A DNA stretch of 64,000 bases from Utricularia gibba (lineage: Eukaryota; Plantae; Magnoliophyta): contig NEEC01000014.1 in NCBI GenBank assembly GCA_002189035.1, positions 558,001 through 622,000 of the forward strand, in the 5' to 3' direction. This document shows, in pieces, positions 38,685-52,300 of the stretch; the first letter of the stretch is position 1; each line of letters begins with the position of its first letter. A program made the position numbers and the translations under genes. The notes beneath the pieces were generated by a model, which was not told the origin of the DNA, searched no databases, and was given only the letters and a program-made list of their open reading frames with translations.

Positions 38685-40648
38685 TCACTTGGCTTTCTTC
38701 ATTGATCTAGAGCTCTTCAGTTTCCGATTCTTCTCTTCACCGGTCCACCAGGTGTAGCCGGTCGGAATCGTGAATGGGTCAGTCTCCGGTGTCTGCTGGT
38801 TGTAACGCCTACTAACTTCGCCCCCTTCGTGTACCGGACTACTCATCGGGGTGTAGAAGGTTTCTTGAGGCGGAAGTTCGACGAACTTTGTGAATGTGAT
38901 CACTACTTTCACCGTCGGAACCACAGGGATAGCCACCTGATTCAGAGAATCAAAACCCAGTTGGTAAGGAGATCTCATCTATTGCTAACATGGCATACAA
39001 AAGGGAATCAAAAGCAATTCCGACAGAAATGAAGAAGCCGCAGCAGAAAGTTGGGAGATTGATCCTCCTTGATTTGATAACTAGTCTACGAGACATAAAA
39101 AGAATGAATTCAAAGCAAAAATTAAAAGAGAAAAAGAAGAGAAAGCAAGTCACACAAGGAATCTGAAGCAGCGCTTTCACCGAATCAGAACAAGTGGGGG
39201 CCCATTTATTAGAATAAAAATAAAGATCTTTTGACCGTTTTCACCTTCACCGGAAATGTTCCCGCCGGGAAAGTCGTCGTGAGAACCTCCCGGAGGCGGC
39301 GAACGGCCTTGATTTTGCTGGCGAGGATATCGAGTAACGGAAGGAGCTCTGATGTCTTCAGAGGGAACCCATCGGTGAGCCAAATGACGGGACGGAGATT
39401 CTTTGCGTACTCTTTATCCTTAGTCCGCGGCTGCGCCACCAGTCTGTCAGCAGCGCAAGGCGGAGGAGCTCTTTTCCGGCACTCCACCGGGACTATATCC
39501 ACGCTTTTTCTCGAAACAGTGATGAACTCCCTCTCCTCCGGTACGAAACTGCTGTGACGGCGCTGCCTGTCGGTGGAAACACTGAACCTTGGATTCTCCG
39601 CAACGATGAAACCGTCATCCGATTTCTCGTCGATTTCCAACGGCAATACGCAGGTGGAGGAGGAAGAATCGTCTCGATTATCCGACGAGTTCACTTTCCG
39701 CGATCGGAAAGTGAGGAGCACATTGTGCATTTCGTAAACCCTAGCTTTCCAATCGCCGATGTTCTCCGTCTTCGGCTGGCCTTTCCAGTTCTTACGGGCA
39801 ACTAATTCGGCGCCGGTGACGTCAATTCCCGGTCGGTAGACGCTAGTTTGGTTGCAGAAACTGGCAATTTCACTTTCCGATAACGGATATCCAGCGCCAG
39901 TAAATGCGTCGTAGATTTTCTTCTTGTCGTGGTTAGCGACAAGAAGGGAGCCATGCTTAATCTTGCCGTCGGTAGAATTGCAGTATTCGCCGTCGTTAAG
40001 GAATAAAAAGCTCTGGTTTGCGCGTTGGATTTTCAGGCCGTCGTAGCCAGCGAGAGAGGTGTCGGCTCTTAGATTTTCATCGCGCTTCCAGATTTTGTAC
40101 GTATCCGAGGGAGCAATTTTGTCGACGAACGGAACGATTGAGCTCTCAAAGTGAAACGACATCTCCATGTAGAAATCGCGCATACGCCGTAAACCAGAGA
40201 CGAGTCTCGGCAATCTCCTCCGCCATTTGGACCAAGCGCCAAGGTGGTGTTGCTGCGCGAGCGCCGCGGCGATTCCCGACGAGCGACGGAGTAGCGCTTC
40301 CTGTAACGCATTCCACCCAGCGGCGTTCTGGAGTGAAATGTCTGCTCCAGCGGCGGCGAGGGCCCTAGCGGCAGTCACGTCGTCGAGGCGGACGGCGAGT
40401 TGTAACGGTGTTTCCCGGAGTGGATTGTCACGGCGGTCAATCACCGCAGCGATTTGCTCCGAGATGCGTTCTTGTGCAAGCGACTCACTCTCCGTCTCAA
40501 TCTTGGAAGGATCCGACAGCACCGGCAACGCCGCGAGCAGCTTCGCCAGCGCCACGTGGTCAGAGGTGGCGACGGCGTAGTGTGCCGGGCTATTCACGTA
40601 GTCTTTCAGGCGGACGACCGCCGCCGAGGGCGCCGGGATCTTGGACAT
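38685..40648 (-). CDS. Ankyrin-repeat protein, ANKRD13/GPCR-chaperone (DUF3424)-like, 2 exons
   Basis: RRDNPLRETPLQLAVRL, QNAAGWNALQEA, RMRDFYMEMSFHFESS, SDTYKIWK, WLTDGFPLKTSELLPLLDILA, FPAGTFPVK|VAIPVVPTVKVVITFTKF. Confidence 0.92.
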
Positions 40649-41806
40649 TCGAACTGCAGCGGTGGCTCGCGTCTCTCCGCCGGCAGTTGAACAAATCGAA
40701 ACAGAAGCCAGGGCAGATCCGTCTTTTCACGGGTGAAGGAGAAACCACGGCAGGAAGCACGCAAGGCTCGTGGCGACGAGGGAAGCAAGTTACCGTTCCG
40801 TTCCGGAATTCGGAATTTGAAGGAGAAGCAAGGGCACAATCGTCTTTTTTCGCCACTGGTATTCTAACCCGGAAATGGAGTTATCAAGATGCACCAACTC
40901 CTATCACGTGACAATCGGTGGACATACAAATTATTTTTTTAAAAAAATTTTGTCACAAAATTGAGATGCAGAAGAGATTCTGAAACGTGGGTATCATTTT
41001 TTGGAGTAAATGGGATGCCTCGGTGCACAATAATGGGCGTGTGAAGTGTGTTGGGTTGGCCCACGCATTCAATCCAGTAACTATTTTTAAATTTTGAATT
41101 CCCGTAGTAATTTATTTTTTGCCGTACTACGTTTATTAAACAGATTTGGATGTTCTGATTTGTACTTGAGAAAAAAATTATTTTTTTTAAATTGCAACTT
41201 TATTATTTTTTCAAACGGTGTCGTTTAGTCTGGATTTATGTGGCCCAGTTGGAAGTTTCCGAGTCCATTTTTGGGTTGCAGTGCCCTCTGCAAGGCCCAA
41301 GGCGTAGTGATAAAATTTGGCCCAGCTGTGAGGAAGGATGTTTTAAATTTATAGATTTAATGTAAAATTAAATCATTATTAAGGAATGGATTCAAATTAT
41401 TATAAAAAATTCAATTTAAATTCACGTCTAAATTTAAAAATGGATTCAGCTTATTGTTAACACACTAATAATGAATTAGTCTAATTTCGAATCTATAGAA
41501 TCCTATGATTCATGTTGTATACCGCATATCGGATCAAAAGGAAATAGTGCATGACATCATATGTTTTAGGGATGTACCTCAGATCTGAAAATACAAAATT
41601 TAGTGCATAGGATCCTATCAAAAACCATATATTTAATTCTACATTGGAATTTAATGATTTTGATAGTATTTCATCTCATGCACCTCGTGTTTCGAGACTC
41701 GATTTGTGATTTTCTGCTACGTTTTCAATGAATCCCAATCAGAACACAACATACATTGTCACTAGCCGTGTCGTCTTCCCCACACTAGCGGGACGGGGTG
41801 ATGTGG

Positions 41807-42874
41807 CTAGGGGCTCAGAAGGGGGCTGGCTTCTTTTAGTAGGACGAAGACCTCCCCTCCGTCTCCCCTCGAGATGCGGAGCTCGTCGTCGAGGTATGTG
41901 GTGAGCAGCCACGACTCGACGTTTGAGTGGGAGACGGAGAACTTGAATGGAGGGTGGCTGGAAATGGTCTTGGCTACACGGGAGGCTGTTCCTTCCACGG
42001 AGGTGAGCACGCCTTTGAAGGGTGTGAGATCGATGTTGTTCCCCAGGAACTCCAAGTTTTCAGGGATCTCAATCAAATCAGTCAATTGGGGGGTCCCGAT
42101 GACCCCCTCTTCGAACTTGATCTGCAACAGGTGAAGCGAAAATGGCTGACTGGGAACAACTAAATGCTTCACATTTTTGATTGTTGGATGTGGATGATAC
42201 CTGAACGCGCTTGGGGCTTCTAACTTCAAACTTGGAGTTGGTGGAGAAGGAAGTGGAAGCCAAGGGGCCAACGAACAGGAACGAGTTCTGAACAGTGAAA
42301 TTCTCGGAATCAATCGTCTGAGATATTTCCTCAATCTTCAGCAACGGCAGTGACGCTGCCCTCGACAACAACGGAAACAGTCCCGCAAACGTCGTGAATC
42401 TGCACAGAGACACCAAAAAAACCACCAACTCAAACGCCGCCGGAACTCCAAAATAGCCTCCCATAAGACTTACGCGAGGATCCATTTCCCGTTGAGTAGC
42501 GACAGGGCTTCGGTCGGCGCAGGCGTAGGGTTCACTGCCTCCAACCGCGTGATTAGCTCCACGACTTCCGCTGTGGTTTCACTCGAAGCACTCAACCCGC
42601 GGTCCGTCCCGTAGAAGGAGTCCACCAGTTGCTTCTTCAGAACATCGATTTCCGAAAAATCTTTCTCCACAACTACCGTTTCTCCAATGCCATCGTAGTC
42701 GCTAACCGCCGAGACTTTGATATTGCGCCTGAGAGAAACGGAAGCTGATTTTCGCGAGGAAAACGCTGCTCGATTCGCCGGAAATCCGGAAATCCTCAGG
42801 CTGAGCCCAGGCTTCTCCGGCGATACTCTGCAGCATGCGAAGTAATTCACAGAAGCGATCACAGAAGAGGCCAT
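41807..42874 (-). CDS. FBN1: Fibrillin / plastid lipid-associated protein (FBN1/PAP/CHRC), 3 exons
   Basis: Transit peptide; [22 protein letters not shown]; LLNGKWIL; [10 protein letters not shown]|IKFEEG; [19 protein letters not shown]. Confidence 0.95.
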
Positions 42875-43651
42875 CGTCGTCGAGCTACCCTCCCTACAGA
42901 CACGAAAACGGAAGCAGGGGGTTTTGAAGCGAGAAGTTGGAAAATATCGGCAGGGGAAAAGACTAAAGAGCCCTGCTTTGTCAATGCATTGTTGAGGGCA
43001 ATATCGACTTTAAACCCCTAATTCCGTCAAATCACGTGCTCAGCTCTATAAATGGAAAGGGAAACACATGTCTATTTTTGTAGGCTGTCTCTTGTGGAGG
43101 TTGCCTTCCTTGCTCTATATATAGTACCAGCAGACCTTATCAAGATTGTATGAGACCACTAATCTGTCGGCTTTTGGGTAGATGTGGTAGGTTGTTTAGG
43201 ATTTTAAGGCATAGTTTTTATTTTAAATATATAATTTTAATATTTATAATATTTTAAGTATATTTATTAAAAAAAAGGAGCGAATTAAATTATATTTTAT
43301 ACTATTAATATAATAAAAGGAAAATCATTATTCTATCTTTATGTAGAATTAAAGTAATTATTAAAAATACATTCTCGTAAAATATAATTTAATATATCTT
43401 CAAAAGCTAGATATAATTCTACAAGAATAGAATTGGTTTATAAAAATTTATTACTCCTTGTAAGATTCTTCTCTTGGTATGAGCAAGAGCAATTACAAGT
43501 TGGGAATCAAATGACGGGTGGGTCGGGCAGACGGGTCAGATGTGTATCCGGATCTTATAAAATAGGAGTTCGCTGGCTGCGGTTACCGAAATCAAGCCGC
43601 ATAGCCTGATTATGCAATAGGGAGAGGCTGATTTCGGGGTTTCTGGTTTCT

Positions 43652-45136
43652 ATGGCGAGCTCAAAGTTGAAAGCGCTGTGGAATCACCCTGCCGGGCCCA
43701 AGACCAGTGAGTTCGCCCATCTTTTTATGTTTAATTGTAATTGTTTAAAGCGGAAAGGGGTTTGTTGGTTTTAGATTTGGATTACGAATAGTCGCCCATC
43801 TTTTTTTTTTTTTTTTTTCTGAAACGAGGGAATTGGAGGTTTGATATGATCATGGGTTCAAGAAGGGGCAAGATGGTGTATGCGGAAGATAACAAAATTA
43901 CTACTCTTGATTGCTTGAAAGCTGATGGGTTTGAATGCGATTTTGGATTAGTGCTGCAATAGTTTTGACTGTTTCTTCAGCTTTTTCTTGACTGATGAGT
44001 TGAAGGGGCAATGCCTTTCCTTTTTCACCGTATTTTGATGGTCGACAGAAATTAAGTGGGCTTTTGCTTTTCCTTTTCCTTGATGCACATTTCGTGAAAG
44101 CAAAGAAAAAAACGACCTTGTTGTTTTTTTTGCTGGGATTTTGGCTTAAACGTTGTCTTGGTACATTAAAACTTGGTCATTTATGGACATTGAGAAAATG
44201 GGAAAGGGGGAACATGCCAGAGAACAAGCCCATTAGCACTTCTTCTTCGTAGTTAAGAGAATGCAATGTCTCAGCATTGTAGCTTTTTAAGATTCAACCT
44301 TTCTATATGGTAATGTCCATCGAATTGAGCCTAAGAGTGCACCATCTTCCTTTCTGCTGCTCTCTACAGTTCATTTCTGGGCACCAACTTTCAAATGGGG
44401 CATTACAATCGCCAATATTGCGGACATGAGTAAACCCCCTGAGAAGCTGTCATATCCACAGCAGATTGGTGAGTAATTCTTGAAGCTTTTTCGGATGCTT
44501 GTCTTTTTTTTTCTTTTCCTGAGATTTTCTGAATTAGAAAGAATTGTAACAAAACACTTTTAAAGCTCAAGCCTTTTCTGATGCATGGATGTGCAGTTGT
44601 TATTTAGATGTTCTGTACATCTGGAAAAAATATTCACATTTGAACAAGCAGATGACTTTGTATCATTATGTACGTTGTTTCTAGTTTTTAGGCAAAGAAA
44701 GGACTGTTTGTTCTGTGGATGATGCAAAACTAAACATCTGGATGACACCTTAATCCTGCTGTAAAACATGTATAACTGAAAATGTTTCTATGATATGATC
44801 ATTCGCAGCTGTCACAGCAACTGGTCTCATTTGGTCTCGATATAGCACTGTGATTACTCCGGTGAGTACCCCCATTCCTTTTGATATAGTCATAGCTTAG
44901 TACTAAGCACAAAAAATGTCAACATATTTTATTTGATTATGATATGCAGAAGAATTGGAACCTCTTTAGTGTAAATGTTGCAATGGCTAGCACTGGGATT
45001 TACCAACTCTACCGAAAAATTCAGTACGTCCCCCCCTTTCAGGTAATGTAATTCTTTTGTGGGACTAAAGCAATACCTCCATCCTTACAGGCACGACCAA
45101 TCTAGTAAGGAAAGCATCGTTGCAGCAAACGAATGA
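43652..45136 (+). CDS. MPC2: Mitochondrial pyruvate carrier, MPC2-type, 5 exons (absent from the ORF track)
   Basis: Spliced exons: MASSKLKALWNHPAGPKT|IHFWAPTFKWGITIANIADMSKPPEKLSYPQQI|AVTATGLIWSRYSTVITP|KNWNLFSVNVAMASTGIYQLYRKI|QHDQSSKESIVAANE*. Confidence 0.95.
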
Positions 45137-45878
45137 TGATGAAAACTGGTTACTAGTTTGTGAGTATGCCCTTCAAGGAGTTTGTATGGGAGCTCGCGTG
45201 TGTGTTTCAGTCTGCCCTTGCCAACATTACGCAGCATGTTTTCTGATATAACCTGCACATTTGAATCTGTCAATAAGTGCTGTGTTCATAGCACAGAGAG
45301 TTGCTAGATGCACGATTCTTACATCGGCTGATTTCAGTTTGACATGAATCATTGTTTATCAAACCGAAACTTGCTCTCTTGCATCAATCCACTTAACCTT
45401 TGTGAGTTTTCAACTTCACTAGCCTTTATCCAAGACTCAAATCAACATGCCATTCTCCATGATTCAACTACATGTCTGCCACGTCAATGGTGATTCCTTA
45501 GTGTTTCTTGCTAGAATCATTCATCGAACAAGCAGAAGCTACGCGCAACTCATCTGGTTTTCATCCACCGGCACATCATTGATGCCGGGCTTCTCTTGGA
45601 AATTAACCGGACAAGTGAACACCCAAACTGTCTTTGGTGGGTCGTAACGAGACGACGACCGGCCCAGCCTAACGCCGACCCCCTCCGTTTCCCCGTCTGC
45701 TTTATTCGCTGAGATCCGCTAGTAAAAAAGCTTAAGAGGACCCCCAAATTGTCTTTTGTTCCATTTCCCCAATTCCGTCCGATTGATACCGATTGATGTA
45801 AACCTAATGTAAAACGGCGTCGCTTTGGTAGGGGGAAAGAGAAATTCTAGGGATTTGATTTCCGTGCATGCCGAAGAA

Positions 45879-45886
45879 TTTGCCGC
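45879..45886 (+). promoter_or_regulatory. E2F-like site (TTTGCCGC) upstream of PDS5
   Basis: Matches the WTTSSCSS consensus about 450 bp upstream of a cohesin-cofactor gene; a second match (TTTCCCCG) lies on the - strand near 46275. Confidence 0.3.
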
Positions 45887-46330
45887 TTTGCCCACACCAA
45901 ATCGAATATTTTCTTCCTCCCCCAATATTTTGCACTTAAAATAAAAATAAAAATATTAATTGTGTAATGACATAAAAATAATTCTAGAGAACGTCTCCAA
46001 AATTTACTCTTCAATATGTAACAGTATTTTTCAGGAAAATAATTTTGGAGGCGGTAATTGTTTAGAAAATTGAATTTAATTAAAGGGGGGGGGGAATATG
46101 AAATAATAGAAAAAGAAGGGGTGAAACTGGGAAAAAACGAAAAGCCAAAGTCGGGCACTGGCGCTTTTATATGTATATTTATCACTGCAGCGGGGGAGTT
46201 ATTCTCGTTTTCTTGCGAATTAGAGGAATCCCAATTCAGGTTCACTGGCGTTAAAGAATCATACAGTTGTTGGCGGGGAAACCCTTTTCTCTGGAGTTGT
46301 GAAGAGTTCGAGCGAATTTTGAAGTTTTCC

Positions 46331-49300
46331 ATGTCGCAGCAGCTGCAGCAGCGGCTTAAAGAGCTGGGGTCGAAGTTGGTGACCCCCCAACTTCGAAAGA
46401 TGCTCTCATTAAGCTCTTGAAGGTAGGCACGCGTGTTTCATGTTAGTTATGGTTTGGATTTGGTTGAAGAGATGGATTTCTAGTTCGCGTGATTAGAATT
46501 CTGTGTGTGGAACTTTCGTTTCGATGCATGCTTCAAATTTATGAAAGCGAAGGATGTTTTGAAAAGTTGTACTTGTGATTCGGGTTCATGTTGCTCATCT
46601 GACGGAAGGGAAAGTTGGAGTTTTTGGTAATACTTCTAATTGCATATGCAGAAGTTTTTTTTTCGGGGACCTAATTTGTGTTGTTCAGATTTCTGTTCTG
46701 CATATGTTCCATATTTTTATCTTTATTTTTTTATTTTTTTTGAAGAAAACCATTGAGATGCATGTTTTGTATTTGAATTTTTTTGTTACCCCAATTATGT
46801 GTTGGATTTGTCTGAAGGTTAAATAGTAAAATATTTGTCTTTCTAAAACACCTCTTTTACTAGTTCAAAAACTTTTTTCCACCGGCTGCTTATAGAAATA
46901 TTTTGCTAGTTTATCAGTGAATAATTACAACTGTGCTAAAACCCTACAACATATGGAGGACTTTATGCATTTAGGGTTTAGGGGCTTTCATGCTCTGTGG
47001 CCTGCTCTATCCATTGATTTTTTTCCCATGTGATATAAATAAGCAAACCTTTTTCACGCATGATATAAGTAAACAGATTTGAATCTATAAATATGCGTTT
47101 AGGCACATAAAACTCCATGGTGTTTCTTATGTGTTTAATTTTTCGCAAGATAACCACATATTTTTGTGAAACAAATAGGTCCAAAGAGCATAGTACCATG
47201 CATTGATTCCTTCACATTGACATGTATGCCTACTTTGCAGCAATGTGCAGCTTCTCTTTCTGAGTTGGAACAGTCTCCTTCTAAGTCAGTGATGGATTCC
47301 ATGCAACTTCTTATAAATGCGATTTCCAATCCAAAACTTTTGAAGCATCAAGATCAAGAGGTCAAGCTTTTTGTAGCTTCTTGTGCGTGTGAGATTACCC
47401 GAATTACAGCACCTGAGGCTCCTTATGACGATGAAGTCTTAAAGGTACTCAGCTAGATAATCAATCCATCGTGTATTAACATTGAGCATGGATCATGAAA
47501 TCTGTTGTTGCTTTCACATTTCTTTCGTTATTAAATTTTTTTTATTCAAATTCTGCAGGATATATTTCAGTTAATTGTGGGTAGTTTTGGTGCGCTAAGT
47601 GATATGAGTTCCCCATCTTTTGTAAGGAGGGTTGTCATCCTTGAAACTTTGGCTCGTTACAGATCATGTGTAATGATGCTGGATCTTGAATGTGACGACC
47701 TAATCAATGAAATGTTCAGTACTTTCTTCACTGTCGCTAGGTATAGTTTTTAAGGTTCAGTTATTATATTACTGTTAGAGTAAGCCTTTTTTTAGCCGAT
47801 GCTTTTTTTTTATTCTAATCTGGACCTTTCCTGTTCATACATGAATGTAATGTATGCCACTATTCATCCTGCCAAAATTTAATTACTCAAGCGTATTTAC
47901 ATAGCAGTTTTACTGATTCCTTATCACTGGTGTGTGGAGTTTCAGTCCATTTGTGGCGCATAATCAAATTTTCATGAGGTTCATGTTTATGTGGGATTTT
48001 ACTTCAGTGAAGGGGAATAACCTGTATTCTTTATTTTCATATTCTGATTTCACTGCCTTGCTTGTAAATAACGTATGAAATTATGTTTGTATATTTTGCC
48101 TTAGTATTGATCTCTTTGCTGACTGTTTATGTGTAATATTGAAACACTTATCTTTGGTCCATCATATAAAGGGATGACTACCCTGATAGTGTATTGAGTT
48201 CAATGGAGACAATCATGGAAGTTCTTCTAGAGGAAAGTGAAGATGTACCTGATAAACTTACAACCATAATTTTAACTGCAGTAGACCATGATAAAAAGGT
48301 AAACCTCTGGTTCGTGTCTCCCTTTATTCATTATCATGAACATGTTCTTGGAATGCTTCAATATTGGGAGTTGTTGTTGCTAGGATATAAACGAGGCTGC
48401 AGTGAGGCTTGCTAAGAACGTGATTCAGAAATGTGCTGCAAAACTGGAACCTAGCATAAAGAAATTTTTATTGTCTTCTATGCCTACTGATAATAAGTTC
48501 CCACATCATGAGACTAGTTTTCGTGGGCTGCTTTATAATGTTAGCTCCTGTGCCCCACAAGTGGTATCAGGAGTTGTTCCTTATCTCACTGGAGAGCTTC
48601 TGGTAATCATTCAAAGTTTTTTACGTTGCAATTGGATGTTTCACATATTTTAAGTGATTCTTTCTTGAAGTTAGTATCAAAGCTTTTTGTTGATGTCTTG
48701 GTTGGCATGCACAGAGTGACCAAATGAATGTTCGTTTGAAAGTGGTGAACGTGGTAGGCAACCTTATTTCTCTCCCTGCTATTTCCGAAGCCATCAGGCC
48801 ACTCTTTTTGGAGTTTTTGAAGAGGATGACTGATAGAGCTGTAGAGGTCAGAATTTCTGTCATCGAGCATGCCAAGACATGTCTGTTTGAGGATCCTTTC
48901 AGACCTGAAGCACATCAAATTATTTGTAAGAAATTGCAGCGCTGATCTCCTGAAAACAATAGTAGGGTGCTTATTCTGATGAATATAATTTATTCTCAGG
49001 TGCTCTTTCTGAACGTTTTCTGGATGACGATGACAATGTTCGTAAACATGCAATATGTGCTGTTTGTGATGTCTCATGTCATTCCCTCGCTTCCGTTCCA
49101 GTTGAAATTGTTAAGTTGCTCTCAGAACGATTACAGGACCAATCTGTAAGTGTAACGGTTCCTTCTTTTTACTTGTATCTCCTTTTTGTCCTTGGTGCTC
49201 TTCTGATATTTCTTTCTGCAAACATCAAGCTTCTTGTTAAAAGGTGCACCTTGGAACGGCTGGTCAATATACACAGGGAGTCTTGTGTAAAACAGCTTAG

Positions 49301-52300
49301 TGGCTATGGCTGGATTGTTGGAAAAATACTGAGGTGTTTTTATGATAAGGATTTCAGGTAACTTTTAGTCTTTGGTTCCTGTTCTGTTGGTGTATTTGTC
49401 CTGGCTATTAGCCAGGATTCCAAGGTCATTGTCTTTCAGAAGGTAAAGTCCTCCAATTTGATGTTGTTATTGCAGATCAGATGGAATTGAGCCTGTCCTG
49501 TCTCTATCTTTGTATCCAGCACAGTCTTCTGTAAAAGAAAGGGTGAAAAATTGGGTGAAGGCCTTCTCTGAATTTGAAAAGGTTGAAGTTAAGGCTTTTG
49601 AGAAGATTCTGGAGCAAAAACAAAGGTCGTGGATTGCTTTGTTTTGAATATGAAAATTCCATATATTATTTCCCAGTTACCATTTAGTCTTTTCCTGTTT
49701 ATTTCTTATAAAGAAGTTTCATTTTGACTTTTATTGAGCAGGTTGCAACAAGAGATGCAAAAGTACCTTTCTATGAGGGAATCATCACAGGTTTGCCCTT
49801 GGAAATTTCATAGTCTAACGTTTTGCTGCTGTAGCTTCATTTAAATGAATCATTTAAAAAATGTAAATTATGGTTATCGACAGGATGATGACAGCACTGA
49901 GATCCATAAGAAAGCAACTATTTCCTTCCGGATGATGTCTCGTTGTTTTGCTGATCCTGAAAAGGTGGAAGACAGCTTTCAGATGCTTGACCAACTTAAG
50001 GATCCCAACATCTGGAAAATATTAGTCCAACTTATTGACCCGGACACTGGATTTCCACAAGCCAAAGATTTACGTGTGAGATATTAGGCGGAGTATTTTA
50101 AATGTTGCTTTTTCCAACCTAATGATTACCTTTAGGGCCCTTCATTGGAGTGAATGTGGAGATAATGTCTGCTTGGGTTCTTTGTATCTTTTGCAGGATG
50201 ATTTGCTGAAAACAGTAGGCGAGAAACATGAGCTCTATGAATTTCTGGGTGTTCTTTCAGTGAAATGTTCAAATATTCTTTTTGACAAGAATCACATCAG
50301 AGAAATCCTTTTGGAGGCTGTGCACCAGAAATCTTCAGGGAATAATGAGTTAATATGGTCATGTATGACTGTTCTTTTGGTATGCATCTGTTTCATGCCC
50401 ACTTATCTATGATAACTTTCTTGCTTTATTTGATGCTGGTTGGGTTGTTCTCGAGGGATACCAAATTTTATGATGTCCAGTATAATTTCTGAGGCATCAT
50501 ATTTTGGCAAGCACTAGCCAGTTGCAACTAAGTAGAGCATTTTATAAAATCACACTGTTGAATGGCTTATTGTGAAAATTTGAATGTTCGTGCAAAACTT
50601 TTCCTTGTTTTGGGATCAGGCTTCACTGAAAGCACTAAATTTACTCTTCATGTCAATGGAATCAATTGCAGATCCTTGCTCGATTTTGTCCTATATTTCT
50701 TCATGGCGTTGAATCAGATTTGATCCATCTTCTTGAGGATGACAATGAAATTATAAAGGAAGGAACGTTGCATATCCTTGCAAAGGCTGGGGACCTATTC
50801 GAGAACAACTTAGTGTCTCATCAGGGTGAGGCTACTGAAACCTTCATACTTGACTTCAACTTGCCCATTTTACATGGATATCTTTTTGCGCTAAATTCTA
50901 GCCATTTTTTTTTAGCTCATTGGACCTTATTTTGGAGCGCATATGCATTGAGGGTAGCCGAAGGCAGGCTAAGTATGCTGTTCATGCACTGGCATCCATC
51001 ATGAAGGATGATGGCCTAATGTCACTTTCTGTTCTTTACAAGGTTTATTTTCTCCTTGTAAATAAAAACTTTATTTTCTTTTCTCGAACTATTTTGTTCT
51101 TCCTTACAGGATTGACACCATTTTCTGTTAATTTGGAACAGAGATTAATTGATATGCTTGATGAGAGGTCTCATCTTCCATCAGTCCTGCAATCTCTTGG
51201 ATGCATAGCACAAGTTGCTATGCCTGTCTTTGAAACTAGGGAAGTTGAGGTTGAGAATTTCATCAAAGAAACTATTCTGAAGGTTGGAAGTGTAAGCCTC
51301 TAGAAATGAAGATGTATGTTGCATTCCACCGTACTTTTTGATAATATGAAGTATTAAAGTTGGTTTCTTACAGGCAGAAATCGATGCTGAAACTGCTTGT
51401 TGGGATGACAGAAGTGAAATCTGTTCTTTAAAGGTTTGTGTACTATGGCTCGTGTTAAACAACATAGTTGTGTGCTACTTGCCAATCTAATTGTATTGCT
51501 GCAGATTTATGGTGTTAAAACTTTGGTGAAGAGCTACTTGCCAGTTAAGGATGCTCATCTACGATCTGGAATTGATGGTATCATTGACATCCTTAGGAAC
51601 ATACTCTTGTTTGGTGATGTCTCAAGAGACATATTATCAAGGTTAACTTCGGCATTGTTGTTTACATAGTAGTTAAAATTTTTATATTTCTAAAATCTGG
51701 TCTCTTTTAAGAGGTTATGGCTCTGAATTTTTTTTTTTTTAAGGGAGTTTAGCTATGGACGTTCTTTTGTACTTATGTGGCCAATTTCCTTCCTTTCAGT
51801 GTAGTTGATAAAGCTCATTTAAAACTTGCTGCTGCAAAAGCCATTCTTCGTCTTTCAAGACAGTGGGAGCACAAAATCCCTGTTGATGTATTTTACCTCA
51901 CATTGAGAACATCAGAGGTAGAATAATTTTCAGGAGCATGTGGTGATTTATTCTGTAGTGCTTCTACTAGAAAACAGTTGCAATTCGTATTTTTGATAAA
52001 CTAATTGGGGGCATTGTAGGATAAATTTCCTGAGGTAAGGAAACTACTACGCAACAAAGTTCACCAATATATTAGGGACCATACTTTGGACTTTAAGTAT
52101 GCTTATGCATTCCTGCTTGATATTGCTTCTTCAGAAGACATGGAAGAGGTAATATCTAGGATTAATCAGAGTAGCATGATCTCTATCTTAAAAATAAAAC
52201 TTAAATGAATTTTTGATATCCTGCAGAACAAACGTTATTTAAGTGACATCATTCAGATGTGTCAGGAAGGAAGGGAACAGCAAACGCATTTACCAACTGA

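Noticed and set aside
39231-40911. Multiple long antisense or alternative-frame ORFs over the ankyrin gene (also over HHO, HD-ZIP IV and SNF2)
   Set aside because: Expected stop-codon scarcity in GC-rich coding exons; no independent motifs.
43030-43170. G-box, TATA and TGTCTC/TGTCGG auxin-response-like elements between FBN1 and MPC
   Set aside because: Short motifs at about chance frequency, and the target gene is ambiguous.
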